Origin: Octopus sinensis
Taxonomy: Eukaryota
Reading direction: 5' to 3'
Assembly: GCF_006345805.1 (NCBI RefSeq)
Contig: NC_043003.1
Coordinates: forward strand, 3,844,001-3,908,000
DNA length: 64,000 nucleotides
In this document: piece after piece, positions 11,946 to 24,149 of the stretch
How positions within the stretch are numbered: the stretch's first letter is position 1
Layout of the letters: each line of letters starts with the position of its first letter
Position numbers and translations under genes: made by a program
Notes under the pieces: generated by a model
What the model was told of the DNA's origin: nothing
What the model saw: only the letters and a program-made list of their open reading frames with translations
The model's database searches: none

Positions 11946-12405
11946 TGTATGTATGTATGTATGTGTGTACGCATGCATGTATGTATGTATGTACGCATGC
12001 ATGTATGTATGTATGTATGTATGTATGTATGTTGTATGTATGTATGTATGCATGCATGTATGTATGTATGTATGTTTGTATGTATGTATGTATTGTGTAT
12101 GTATGTATGTATTTATGTATTATGCATGTATGGGTATGTAATATAGGTATGTTGCATGCAGGTATGTATGTATGTATGTTTGTATGTATGTAGGTATGTA
12201 TGTATGTATGTATGTATGTTGTTTGTATGTATGTTGTATGTATGTATGTATGTATGTGTAGTATGTATGTATGTTGTATGTACGTATTATGTATGATGTA
12301 TGTATGTATGTATGTGTATGTATGTATGTATGTATGTATGTATGTATGTGTGTATGTATGTATTTATATATGTATGTATATATGTATGTATGTATGTATG
12401 TATAA
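11650..12405. repeat. Compound microsatellite (CT)n-(TA)n-(TATG)n
   Basis: Directly visible; explains the MYVC/HTYI ORFs. Similar large arrays at about 9480-9715, 10540-10700, 13795-14330, 25390-26300, 31680-33420, 45040-45260, 50850-52080. Confidence 0.98.
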
Positions 12406-12730
12406 GACGATTAAAGTAACGATCATATCAAGTGGCCAGCATGGAAAAACCGTATAGGTAATAATTATAATGATATTTATATCATTATATATCTATAATA
12501 ATTATTACCTATATATATATATATAGACGTGTGTGTGTGTATTTGTGTGTATGTAGAAAGAGAGAGAGAGAGATAATGTGAGTGACCGTCAGAACCTAGA
12601 AAAAAAAATCCTTGAAAACAGAGAAAAAGAAAGAACTAAAAATCTGGCGAGAAATATTGTGATGACCTCAGAATGATCGCTATTTGAACCCCTGCATCGA
12701 GGGTCAGCTGGATCGAAATCCCAGGAGATT

Positions 12731-12881
12731 CTTGACCAAAGGCCAACTGGATCAAGACATCAGGTCAAACTTGACCAAAGATCTGCTGAATCAAATCCCC
12801 AACTCAAACTTTACCAAAGAGTCCAGGTCAGTCTTGATCAAAGATTAACTGAATCAGGACCCAGGTCAACCTTGACCAAAC
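12731..12881. repeat. Degenerate 39-bp tandem repeat (CTTGACCAAAG anchor)
   Basis: Anchors at 12731, 12770, 12809, 12833, 12871 (spacings 39, 39, 24, 38). Confidence 0.8.
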
Positions 12882-13271
12882 ATCTGTTGGTTCAGGGCGA
12901 ACCAAATATCAGCGGCAAAGAATTGTTTTATTCTTGTTTATCACCAAACAGAAACAAGAGGTAACGTGATGTAACAGCCATTGCCGACCTCAGAAGACAA
13001 CATGGCTTGGAGACAACAAATCGATAGAGCAACGGATACGATGATTTTATACGATGTTATATTTGCCGCCTTTCGTTTCTTCTTGCTATCGATTTCTATT
13101 CGATAGTTATCGATCGATTTTATTAATCATAAATGAAGAGTAAGCTGCAGTTAATGAACTCGCCTGTCTGTAGGACGTCTTGTACAAACCAGTTCAGTTT
13201 GTCAATCTGTCAATCAATCAATCAATACCTTTACATACACATCCACGCACACATACATTCATACACACACA

Positions 13272-13332
<61 letters not shown>

Positions 13333-13798
13333 GTATGCATGCATGTTTGTATGTATGTATAAATACACATCCCATGCTCTTTATGTCTACCCAGGTATTG
13401 TATCTAAGGCCGTCTGTTTATAGTCAAAACATTACTAGGACTCAACGCACAAAGCAGTCATCCATCTGGAAAATATGCGTAGTCATGGCAACTGTGCTCA
13501 TGGTGTGTGTATTTCACACAATTCAAACCTTCTTAAGAGAAATATATCTTCATTACTGATTCTGTGACAACCGGTTTATGTTTTGGTGAGATAACGTACA
13601 GTGAATCAGGGTATCTTTGCCGCTGACCCTTAAACCTGACACTGTTTCGCCTGTAAAGGGTGGATATATATATATTGTGTGGATTACTTAGATTTTAAAA
13701 AGCCGTTCTTACGCAATAAACCACAGCTTTGATCGCTTCGTTTGAGAGATTCAATTAATGAGGTAAGCGTGTTCATTTAATCCGTATACATGCATGCA

Positions 13799-13926
<128 letters not shown>

Positions 13927-13938
13927 ATATATATAGAT

Positions 13939-13997
<59 letters not shown>

Positions 13998-14271
13998 TAC
14001 TATATATATATATGTTTATATATATATATATATATATAACATATATATATAACATATATATATATATACATATATATATGTTTATATATATATATATAAC
14101 ATATATATATATGTATATATATATACATATATACATATATACATATATATATACATATATATATATATATCATATATACATATACATATATATATATATG
14201 TATATATGTGTATATATATCTATATATATATATGTATCTATGCATATATTATATATATGTATATATATATG

Positions 14272-14316
<45 letters not shown>

Positions 14317-14348
14317 GTATATATAATTGACACTGAATTATTGGAAGT

Positions 14349-14391
14349 CCACCTGAAGATTGTCGATCAAGACAAGAAACGATTGTAGTGG
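14349..14391 (+). ncRNA. Minimal type I hammerhead ribozyme, canonical core
   Basis: CCAC-CTGAAGA-TTGTC/GATCAA/GACAA-GAAAC-GATT-GTA-GTGG: stem I CCAC:GTGG, stem II 5 bp, GUA triplet with predicted cleavage after 14387. Confidence 0.8.
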
Positions 14392-14598
14392 CGGTTTTTT
14401 TTGACTATTTATTAAAATTTTATGTATTAATTAAGTCTTTCCTTGTTGTTTTGCAAAATAGTGGTTTTGTCTCGAATAATATTTTATAATATTTTACTAT
14501 AAAATCGATTTAATCCTAAATCTGATTTTTTCCCTGTAAATTGGATTTATTCCCTAATATTTATTATGTATATATATATATATGTATATATATATATG

Positions 14599-14687
<89 letters not shown>

Positions 14688-14877
14688 ATATATATATATA
14701 GAGAGAGAAGAAGAGAAAGTGAAAGAGAAAAATGTCGTTGGTACAGTATTATATATTTGAGAAAATACTTAGGAGGAATTCCTTTTGTGATAATCTTCCC
14801 ACTTCAGTAATTGGACGTTTACAAACCGCTTCGTGTCTACAGATCGTTGGCTTCATTGAGATTGGTTCCGGCTTTCA

Positions 14878-16100
14878 TCAAAGCCTTAAACACGGTCTGT
14901 GCCTCATCTGAATTCTTTGTTTCATACGAACAACATTAAAATCTGGTTTCACTTTCGAGACTTTATCCAAATCTGGTTTCACTTTCGAGGCTTTATCTAA
15001 ATCTGGTTTCACTTTCGAGACTTTATCCAAATCTGGTTGAGCAGACCGATATTTAACCAATGCTAAGAACTCTTTTGTAATAAGTTGAATAGTTGGATGG
15101 GTCACCAGCTCCTGGTGCGTGGAAATGTGATCAACCATCATTTCGTGATTGAACACAGAAGATGGTATATCACTGGAGCCTAACTTATTTCTGTAATAAA
15201 TTTACACATCCCTCGACGTTGCCAATGTATTCGTTCTGTCTAAGACGGCGTGATGGCAGAATCGTTAGCACGCCGGGCAAAATGCTTCGCGGCATATCGT
15301 CTGTCTTTACGTTCTGAGTTCAAATTCCGCCGAGGTCGACTTTGCCTTTTATCCTTTCAGGGTCGATAAATTAAGTACGAGTGGCACACCGGAGTCGATG
15401 TAAGCGACCAGTCCCCTCCCCACAAATTCCAGGCCTTGTGCCTATTGTAGAAAAGATTCGTTAGCACGCCGGGCAAAATACTTAGCGGCATATCGTCCGT
15501 CTTTACGTTCTGGGTTCAAATTTCGTCGAAGCCGACTTTCACTTTCGTTCTTTTCGGGGTCCTTTCGATAAAATAAGTACCAGTTGAGGACCAGGAACGA
15601 TCTAACCGACCTATCTGCTCCCCAGAAATTGCTGTCCTTGTGCCAAAATTTGAAACCAATATATTCGTTCTGTCTATTCGTGTTTTCCTTCCATTGGCCA
15701 ATGGAACTTCCGGGTCATTTCGGCGATCTGTCTGGTGCTTTAGGTGACAATGTGGAAGAACATCTAGAAATGGGTGAAACTCTTCTGGGAAACTAACGGA
15801 TGCTACTGCGGCTTCTTGTCTTTGTTTGTTTTTTCTATTATTGCAATCTTCCTCACCTCCAAGAAACAAAGCAGCCATGAATCTACGGAAGCGATCCAAC
15901 TTGGTACCTCGTTCCTTATTCCTTGTAAGCAACTGCCCCACTGCTACCTGTTATCTTATGGACATTGGGACTCGGGTCGGTATTCTGCCAACCTTTCCGG
16001 TGCCAGATAACAAAAGTCGAACACCAAGTCTTCGACAAACTTTCAGCCATTCTCCATTTTCCACTTTAGTAAGAAACCCAGTCAGATTTGCACTTATAGT
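14878..16100 (-). pseudogene. Decayed long reading frame interrupted by a SINE insertion
   Basis: Excising 15243-15676 (SINE pair plus one TSD copy) fuses the ORF-track frames 15516..15941 and 14878..15156 in frame, with one internal TAA (15204-15202); includes a 30-bp x3 repeat encoding KPDLDKVSKV. Product not recognised. Confidence 0.45.
15243..15655 (+). mobile_element. Tandem family-A SINE pair with 16-21 bp TSD
   Basis: CCAATGTATTCGTTCTGTCTA (15222-15242) and CCAATATATTCGTTCTGTCTA (15656-15676) flank the insertion. Confidence 0.9.
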
Positions 16101-16110
16101 TACCACTCAC

Positions 16111-16141
<31 letters not shown>

Positions 16142-16756
16142 TTCTTCTTCTTCTTCTTCTTCAAGCCGTCACGACACAACCTCTCATGACCGTCACCCTT
16201 GAAGTGACTATGAGTAACGGTTCCATACAAGCACCTGATTTCCTGTTTCCACGATTATATCATCCTCCCAGGATGATGATAAAAGTTGTTCCCCCAAAAT
16301 TGTTCTCGTTCAGGTTTATATGCTTATTAATACCGAATCAAACGACATGCCAAAAATGGCCATCGCAACATCATCCGTACTTATCGAATTTCTACGAATG
16401 CCCTTCGATTTCAAAAATTCATTCCTGTGATTTCTTGATGAAGTTACCCATACTGTGAAGGCGCGTGGGTCAGTGGTTAGAGCGTCGAGCTTACGATCGT
16501 GAGGTTGTGAGTTCGATTCCCGGACTGGGCTGCGTGTTGTGTTCTTGAGCAAGACACTTTATTTCACGTTAACTCAGCTGTAGAAATGAGTTGCAACATC
16601 ATTGGTGCCAAGCTGTATTGGCCCCTTTGCCTTTCCCTTAGATAGGCTTTGGTTGATCTCAGGCTATAGCAGAAGACACATGCCAAGTTACCACACAGTG
16701 GGACTGAACTGAGGACCATGTGTTTTGGAACGAAGTTTGTTACCACACGGCCACAC

Positions 16757-16812
<56 letters not shown>

Positions 16813-16890
16813 ATGCATGTATATATGTGAATATATATATGTACATATTACATGTACATATTACATGTACATCTATATATAATATATATA

Positions 16891-16929
<39 letters not shown>

Positions 16930-17500
16930 TACACATATACATGTATATATATACATCTATATGTATAGAAATAAATGCATACATATACAGCTATACGCAC
17001 ATACACACACATACATAGGTGCAGGTGTGGCTGTGTGGTAACAAACTTCGTTCCAAAACACATGGTCCTGGGAAAAATATTAAATTTAAAATAATAAGGT
17101 TGAGAAATTGAATATTAATTTGATTAATATGAATTGAAAACCAGTGGTGTAGCATACAAGACCATAGCGGATCTTCTTCTAGCAAAATGGATGTCCATTG
17201 TTAATGGTTCATCCTCTGATATAATAGTTTCACTTTAATTGTTTCAGTATTAAAGTGAAAGTATCTGACATTACAATAGAGAGATGTTTTTGTTTCACTT
17301 TTAACACGTAATACTGAAATAGTGGAGAATATATGATATTGCTGTGGGCTCGCCCTAGGCAAGAAGTTAGAAGTGTTTTAGCCCATGACACTACATGGAC
17401 CCTAAGTAAGGCATGTGTAAAATTTGGATGAAATTGGTTGAGTAGTTCTCAAGTTTTAGGGATTCACACAGACAGACAGACAGACAGACACACATTCTCA

Positions 17501-17539
<39 letters not shown>

Positions 17540-17550
17540 TGTGTGTAGAT

Positions 17551-17887
17551 AAAAGCGCATGGCTCAGTGGTTAGAGCATCGAGCTTACGATCGTGAGGTT
17601 GTGAGTTCGATTTCCGGACCAGGCTGCATGTTGTGTTCTTGAGCAAGACAGTTTATTCCACGTTGCTCCAGTTCACTCAGCTGTAGAAATGAGCCGCAAT
17701 GTCACTGGTACCAAACTGTATCGGCCCCATTTGTCTTTCCCTTGGATAACATCAGTGGTGTGGAGAGGGGAGGTTGGTATGCATGGGCGACTGCTGGGCT
17801 TCCACAAACAACCTTGTCCGGACTTGTGCCTCGGAGGGTAACTTTCTAGGTGCAGTCCCATGGTCATTCATGACCGAAAGTGGTCTT
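17551..17887 (+). mobile_element. tRNA-headed SINE family C with MetaSINE-like central domain
   Basis: GGCTCAGTGGTTAGAGC...GAGTTCGATT head followed by CTTGAGCAAGACA...GCTCCAGTTCACTCAGCTG; other copies at 16458-16640(+, truncated) and 60495-60830(-). Confidence 0.85.
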
Positions 17888-18603
17888 CTCCTACCCATAA
17901 TATTCCTTTCGTCTGTTCATACATCGACCATTTGATTGTCACCAACTCAGTAACCATGAAAAAAGGTTTATGCCTTCGATCTCTTCTCTCAATACACTGT
18001 GGGTTATTAATCCCTGATGTGGGTTATTAATCCCTGATGTGGGTTATTAATCCATGGCCAATGCGTGTCCAAAGTTCTTTCTTAATCTTTTCCATGTCAT
18101 CGGTGAAAAGTGCTTGTATCCTAAATGATCCTTTCTGCTATAGGCACAAAGCCTGAAATTTTAGGGGAACGGATCAGTCGATTATATCGACCCCAGTGCG
18201 CAACTGGTACTTATTTCATCGACCCCGAAAGGATGAAATGCAAAGTCGACCTCAGCGGAATTTGAACTCAGAACGTAAGGACGGTCGAAATGCCGTTCAG
18301 CATTTCGCCCGGTGTGCTAACCATTCTGCCAACTCGTTGTCCCGCTTCTTTCCGAGATAAAACTCAAGTTTCCCTCCTCTTACATCTCTCAACAGAAGCT
18401 TCGGTTCCATCAACTTTTATAGACGATTTATTCTAATGGTTCTCTGCCGGGTCCAGCATGGCTATGGGAGGGTCCCATGTAAGAGTTTGCTGTTAAACCT
18501 TATGTCTAAGATATCGGTTATATTTCTACAATACGCAAAATATTTTAACGATTTTTTCTATAATTCCTAATATTAAATCATAAAAACGCGTATAACAAGA
18601 ATG

Positions 18604-18850
18604 ATTAATACATACATACATACATACATACATACATACATACATACATACATACATACATACATACATACATACGTACATACATACATACATACATACA
18701 TACATACATACATACATACATACATACATACATACAAAAATACCTTGTTGTTGATGTTGAAATTCCAATGAAGAAGCCTTCAGTCTAGATTAGAAACCGG
18801 CTCTTTCTCTGTTGGCTAGAAATCTTGAAATAAAACTGAATAATAACATG
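18604..18850 (+). mobile_element. 3' UTR remnant of the R4/Dong-like LINE
   Basis: (TACA)n followed by TACCTTGTTGTTGATGTTGAAATTCCAATGAAGAAGCC, homologous to the tail at 9722-9790 on the - strand. Confidence 0.7.
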
Positions 18851-18854
18851 CATA

Positions 18855-20107
18855 CAAGGTGCGTAAGATATTTGAGGACAGATGTTTATAGGAAAACAGA
18901 TATATAATAACAGATACTAACTTTATTTATCAGAAAACGCTATGAGATTAAAAATAAACATTCATTTCATTACAATAATATTCAATAAAGCCACCTTCAA
19001 CTTCAACAACTGCTTCTAAATCATCTACATGATCGAATCAAGTGGTCCTGGTTCGTTTTGGACATTAATCTGACTATGGCAGCTTTCATAGAATCTTTGG
19101 TGTTTATGGATGTGTTCATTGACCTCTCTCTGAACATCATTCCACATGTAATAGTCCAATAGATTGAGATCTGGGGAATCAGTAGGCCAAATGTTAGGGA
19201 TTATGTGATCATGAAACTGTTCAGCCATCCATTCCTGTGTTACTAGAGCCATGTGTGATAGTGCAGAGTCTTACTGAAACACGTATGGCCTTCCATTGCA
19301 TAAACTGTCTATCAGCGGCTTAACAATTACTTCCAGGACTTCAATGTAGACGACAGAGTTAACTCTAAGGCCTTGTGGAAAGAAGTAAGGTGGCATCACA
19401 TGTCCTTCATTGCTGACAACCCCTAAAACTATGACAGTTGCAGGAAATTCTGTATGCATAACACTTGGAACTTCAGAAGGGTCTGCACATAACCATGTGT
19501 CATTTCTTCTGTTAATTTTTTGATCTTGGTCGAAGTTTTTCTCGTTTGAGAAAAACCAAATCAAATCTGCTGGATTTTTCAGTTTGTTTAAGAACCTTTT
19601 AAATCTGATGTAGTGATTTTCTTTTGCTTTTTTTCACAAATTGACCTTTCCTCATCATATAAGACTTATATCTGATGTCTTCGTGAACAACATTTCTGAC
19701 TGTTCCTTCTGACACATGGATATTTTTTTTTTTTTTTTGCAATTGGCGTCATGGACTTTCTGGGATTGTAATCAATGGTCTAACAGACTTGCTGGATAAA
19801 ATGTTCTGATTATTTCAGAGCGTTTAGAATGCTTTTTTATGCTTTGATACTGGTGATACGTTTCCATCTTCAGTTTCTAACTCCTTACAAACTTTGTAGA
19901 CGAAAGATCTGGCAACTTTTAAAAATCGAAATATTTCTAAATCGCTATGCTCAGCCTTTATAACCACAATAATAACATGCCTCTTCATTTCTTGAGTAAG
20001 CTGAGGGTCTGCCATTATTATTTTCTGAAATAAAGATTATACAGAGTTACCAAAAAATGCATCAATGACCCCAAAAAGGTATGTCCTCGAATACCTTACG
20101 CACTCTG
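18855..20107 (-). mobile_element. Full-length dead Tc1/mariner DNA transposon, DD37D (maT) type
   Basis: TA TSDs at 18853-54 and 20108-09; about 28-bp imperfect TIRs (CAAGGTGCGTAAGATATTTGAGGACA / CAGAGTGCGTAAGGTATTCGAGGACA). Transposase pieces MADPQLTQEMKRH..., WFFSNEKNF, VFQ*DSALSH...WPTDSPDLNLLDY with 37 residues between the 2nd and 3rd catalytic D; several stops and frameshifts. Confidence 0.92.
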
Positions 20108-20111
20108 TATA

Positions 20112-20525
20112 TGATACTTGAGAAATCTGCAGTTACTCTATCCAGATTACAAGTTCAGGTTTATACCTGTAATTATTGAAGCCCTGGAATATGTAACACA
20201 CTGCTTAAATACCAATCTTGAGAAATTAGGCTTCTCAAAACCAGAAACGAGAAAGCTAATTGGAAGACTACAGATCCAATCCATCACTGGAACTGTAAAA
20301 ATCTGGAAAACTTTCCAGAAGTTTAGCATTTAAATATATATGAGCATGTCTAGATATGTAGCTGTATGCATGAGAATACATACATAAAACATACAAATCT
20401 GCACACACATACATACACACACACGTATACATACATACAAGCATACATACATACATACATACATACATACATACATACATACATACATACATACATACAT
20501 ACATACATACATACATGTACATACG
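20112..20525 (+). mobile_element. R4/Dong-like LINE 3' fragment
   Basis: LRNLQLLYPDYKFRFIPVIIEALEYVTHCLNTNLEKLGFSKPE...GTVKIWKTFQKFSI*, homologous to 9890-10100(-), followed by (TACA)n. Confidence 0.85.
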
Positions 20526-20650
20526 TACCCCTCACTAGCGTTCCCATAGCTTTAACAATGGAGCGGATACCGTCAATGTCATTTGTAATAGTAACAATAA
20601 GCTGATAACAAAAAAAACAATCGCTGAGAGACTATAGGTCACCACTAACC

Positions 20651-20740
20651 GACCGATTGCTGAACGACCGATTGCTGAACGACCAATTGCTGAACGACCA
20701 ATTGCTGAACGACCGATTGCTGAACGACCGATTGCTGAAC
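20651..20740. repeat. 15-bp tandem repeat x6 (GACCRATTGCTGAAC)
   Basis: Directly visible. Confidence 0.97.
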
Positions 20741-22931
20741 ATTAGACTAGAACGGAGAGAGAGTGAAACCTAGTGTTTACTTTTGACAAAAACTATACTC
20801 TGTGGTTAAACCTACTAATAACGACGGTAGCGTGAATTCTTAGTAATAGTAGTAATTAAACGCATAGCGTGAATGGCATTTGCCCCAACTATAACAATAT
20901 AGTTACCTGTATGTGTAATAACAAAAATTATTACATGAATAACCCTAACTATGTAAACGATCTCAATGCTAATAATGAAGACGGTAATTTTCACAACTCT
21001 GACCACAATTCTAACAGTGGTGCCACCTACACTGATCGACCTCAGAATACCTCTTCACAATCATTTGAGAGATAATTGCTTACGTTGTAATGTTGTTTGT
21101 GAATGTACTGTTGCCACCATACACGGTCGCACGCCGCCAGATTTTACACAGTGCAACAATCGACTTTAAGAGCTGATTTCTTGCTCGTCTGAGCTTCTCA
21201 AATACTAATAACAAACAATCTGTCTCCATGGCCACCCACATCCATCACCTCAAAGCTGATGGTATTCCCTAAGACATCTTGAAATTGCAGAAACTTTGGC
21301 ACTTCGAGAAAAGTGCTTAGCGCCAGTCTTTCACCTTTATGTTCTGAGTTCAAATTCCGCCGAGGTCGACTTTGCCTTTCATCCTTTCGGGGTCGATAAA
21401 TTAAGTACCAGTTACGCACTGAGGTCGATGTAATCGACTTAATACCTATGTCTGTCCTTGTTTGTCCCCTCTGTGTTTAACCCCTTGTGGGTAATAAAGA
21501 AATAGGTATTCCCTAAGACATATTCTGGCCCATAATTGATATGGGAATGCCGTACACGAGAAGCCGACAACCATGTAATTTATGCTGTTGTGAGTCGCTC
21601 AGGATATTACATGAGGGTGAGGTCTGCCTCTTTAATCGCTTTTCTGACGTGTTGCTGTCACCGGTGTTACAAAACTTTCTCCTATTACTATAGATTATTA
21701 CATTCTTACCGAAATAATTAAACCGTCCAATTCCGCTCCACTCGTTCGCTTTTACACTTCCTCAACATTCGTCTTCTTTACAATATTCAGTTTCATTTCT
21801 CTCCTTCTCCATCTCCTACCAGCTCGCCGTCATTCCTCCTGCCTCCTCTTCCCGTATAAACTCATCTTTATACACGATAGACACACTTTGCATTCTTCCT
21901 CACCTGTACCCCGTTAACGTCTACATAATTTCTATCTTTATCTTTTTATCGCCTTCTTATCTAATCCCTGACTGCTATAAATTTATGATAGTGTGGTAAG
22001 TAGCTTGTTTACCAACCACATGGTTCCGGGTTCAGTCCCACTGCGTGGCACCTTGGGCAAGTGTCTTCTACTATAGCCTCGGGCCGACCAAAGCCTTGTG
22101 AGTGGATTTGGTAGACTGGTAGACGGAAACTGAAAGAAGCTCGTCGTATATATGTATATATATATATATATGCGTGTGTGTGTTTGTGTGTCTGTGATTG
22201 ACAACCGATGCTGGTGTGTTTACGTCCCCGTAACTTAGCGGTTCGGCAAAAGAGACCGATAGAATAAGTACTGGGCTTACAAAAGAAAAAGTCCCAGGGT
22301 CGAGTTGCTCGATTAAAGGCGGTGCTCCAGCATGGCCGCAGTCAAATGACTGAAACAACTAAAAGAGTAAAAGAGTAAAAGAGTAAATGTCCGCTGAGTG
22401 TCTCTGAGATCGACTGCCTTACAACGTTCCTCGCTCATTCTTGATTTACTCTTTGTTAGAAGATATCGGACTTCCTTTCATCTAGCCATTTTCTCAAACT
22501 TCGGTTTATTTCTTTCTTCGAGTTGCCGTCAAATCGCGCCTTTTAACTAACTCCTCTTCAGTTACGCTACACTTGCCCGTCCATCTTCTCTTTTTCTTTC
22601 TACTTCTCACTACAACCCCCCCCCTCAACCATTCTTGTTTTTCCTGTTTCTATTGCACTTGTAGATTAATAAATACTGCTCTTTGCCAGCATCTTCTAAG
22701 GAAAACACGTGTCGGTCAAAATGCGTGCTTGTCCACAACATCTACAATTTCACAGGACTTCATTACACAATTTATCCGCTTATGGTACTGGTCACCAACC
22801 ATCCGAGCTCTAAAGATAAAACTTGATTACATCAGTTATTTTTATACGCAATTTTCATTTTTACTACATTCTACATTCCTTATACCTATCATTGTCCTGC
22901 TTATACATACATACATACATACATACATACA

Positions 22932-22967
<36 letters not shown>

Positions 22968-23090
22968 TATTTTTTTTATCTCCCCTTCTTCCTAGCTCTC
23001 CTGTCTGACCACCTCTGTCCGGCATTCGCCATGATAGATCGCTAGCCACTAAACCTTTTCTATTTTCTCTCCTTGTTTCTTTCTGTGTTC

Positions 23091-23126
23091 CTTTCTGTTG
23101 AAGGGCGTAGGCTCGAAACATAAAAG
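23091..23126 (+). ncRNA. Hammerhead-like motif, A6U core variant (decayed stem III)
   Basis: CTTT-CTGTTGA-A-GGGC/GTAG/GCTC-GAAAC-ATA-AAAG, within a repeat also found at about 42670-42850, 46970-47130, 50480-50830. Confidence 0.5.
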
Positions 23127-24092
23127 ACTTTCTCACTTCTCGAGCGTTAAACTAATATATCTGTTTGTTTATACACCCGTCTTCGTCTTTTGTTTTGTTT
23201 TTTCTTTTTTTTTTGTTAATTCCAACTATATATATTATATATATCACTGTGATCAACGTGACCGACCAGGCTATCAGATATTGCTACACATCGCTGGTCA
23301 CAATGCGCTTCGCATTGTTTTAGCCTTCATATGACGCTACCTCGCTGGCTAAGCGAGCAAGCCAACAGAACAAAGAGTAAGAGAGTGGTGAAAGAGTACA
23401 GCAGGGATCGCTACTAGCCCCTGCCGGAGCCTCGTGGAGCTTTTAGGTATTTTCGCTCAATAAACACTCACAACGCCCAGTTTGGGAATCGAAACCATGA
23501 TCCTACAACCGAGAGTCCGCTGCCCTAACCACTGGTTATGTATGTATGTATGTATATACATACATATATACATACATACATACATACATACATACATACA
23601 TACATACATACATACATGCATACATGCATACATACATACATACATACATACATACATACATACATACATACATACATACATACATACATACATACATACA
23701 TACAGATATATATATATATATAGGTGTAGGAGTGGCTGTGTGGTATGTAGCTTGCTTACCAACCACATGGTTCCAGGTTCAGTCCCACAGAAGCTGAAAG
23801 AAGCCTGTCGTATATATGTATCTATATATGTGTATGTGTGTGTGTGTTTGTGGGTCTGTGATTGTCACCCCCCCCCCAACGTCGATGCTGGTGTGTTTAC
23901 GTCCCCGTAACTTAGCGGCTCGGCAAAAGATTCCGATAGAATAAGTACTAGGCTTGCAAAGAACAAGTCCTAGGGTCGAGTTGCTCGACTAAAGGTGGTG
24001 CTCCAGCATGGCCACAGTCAAATGACTGAAACAAGTAAAGAGTAAAAGAGTATATATAGCTAGCTAGCTAGATAGATTTAAGATTTATATTT

Positions 24093-24144
<52 letters not shown>

Positions 24145-24149
<5 letters not shown>

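Noticed and set aside
13600-13665. Minus-strand GAAAC-AGT-GTC-AGGT with a partial stem II
   Set aside because: Only the 3' half of a hammerhead is present; no CUGANGA segment upstream.
15826-16458. 210-aa + strand ORF
   Set aside because: It is antisense to the decayed minus-strand frame, includes a (CAT)n(CTT)n microsatellite, and has no splice or domain support.
22390-22810. Minus-strand fragments reminiscent of a LINE APE endonuclease (NG.GGVVV)
   Set aside because: Too degenerate to assign without an alignment.
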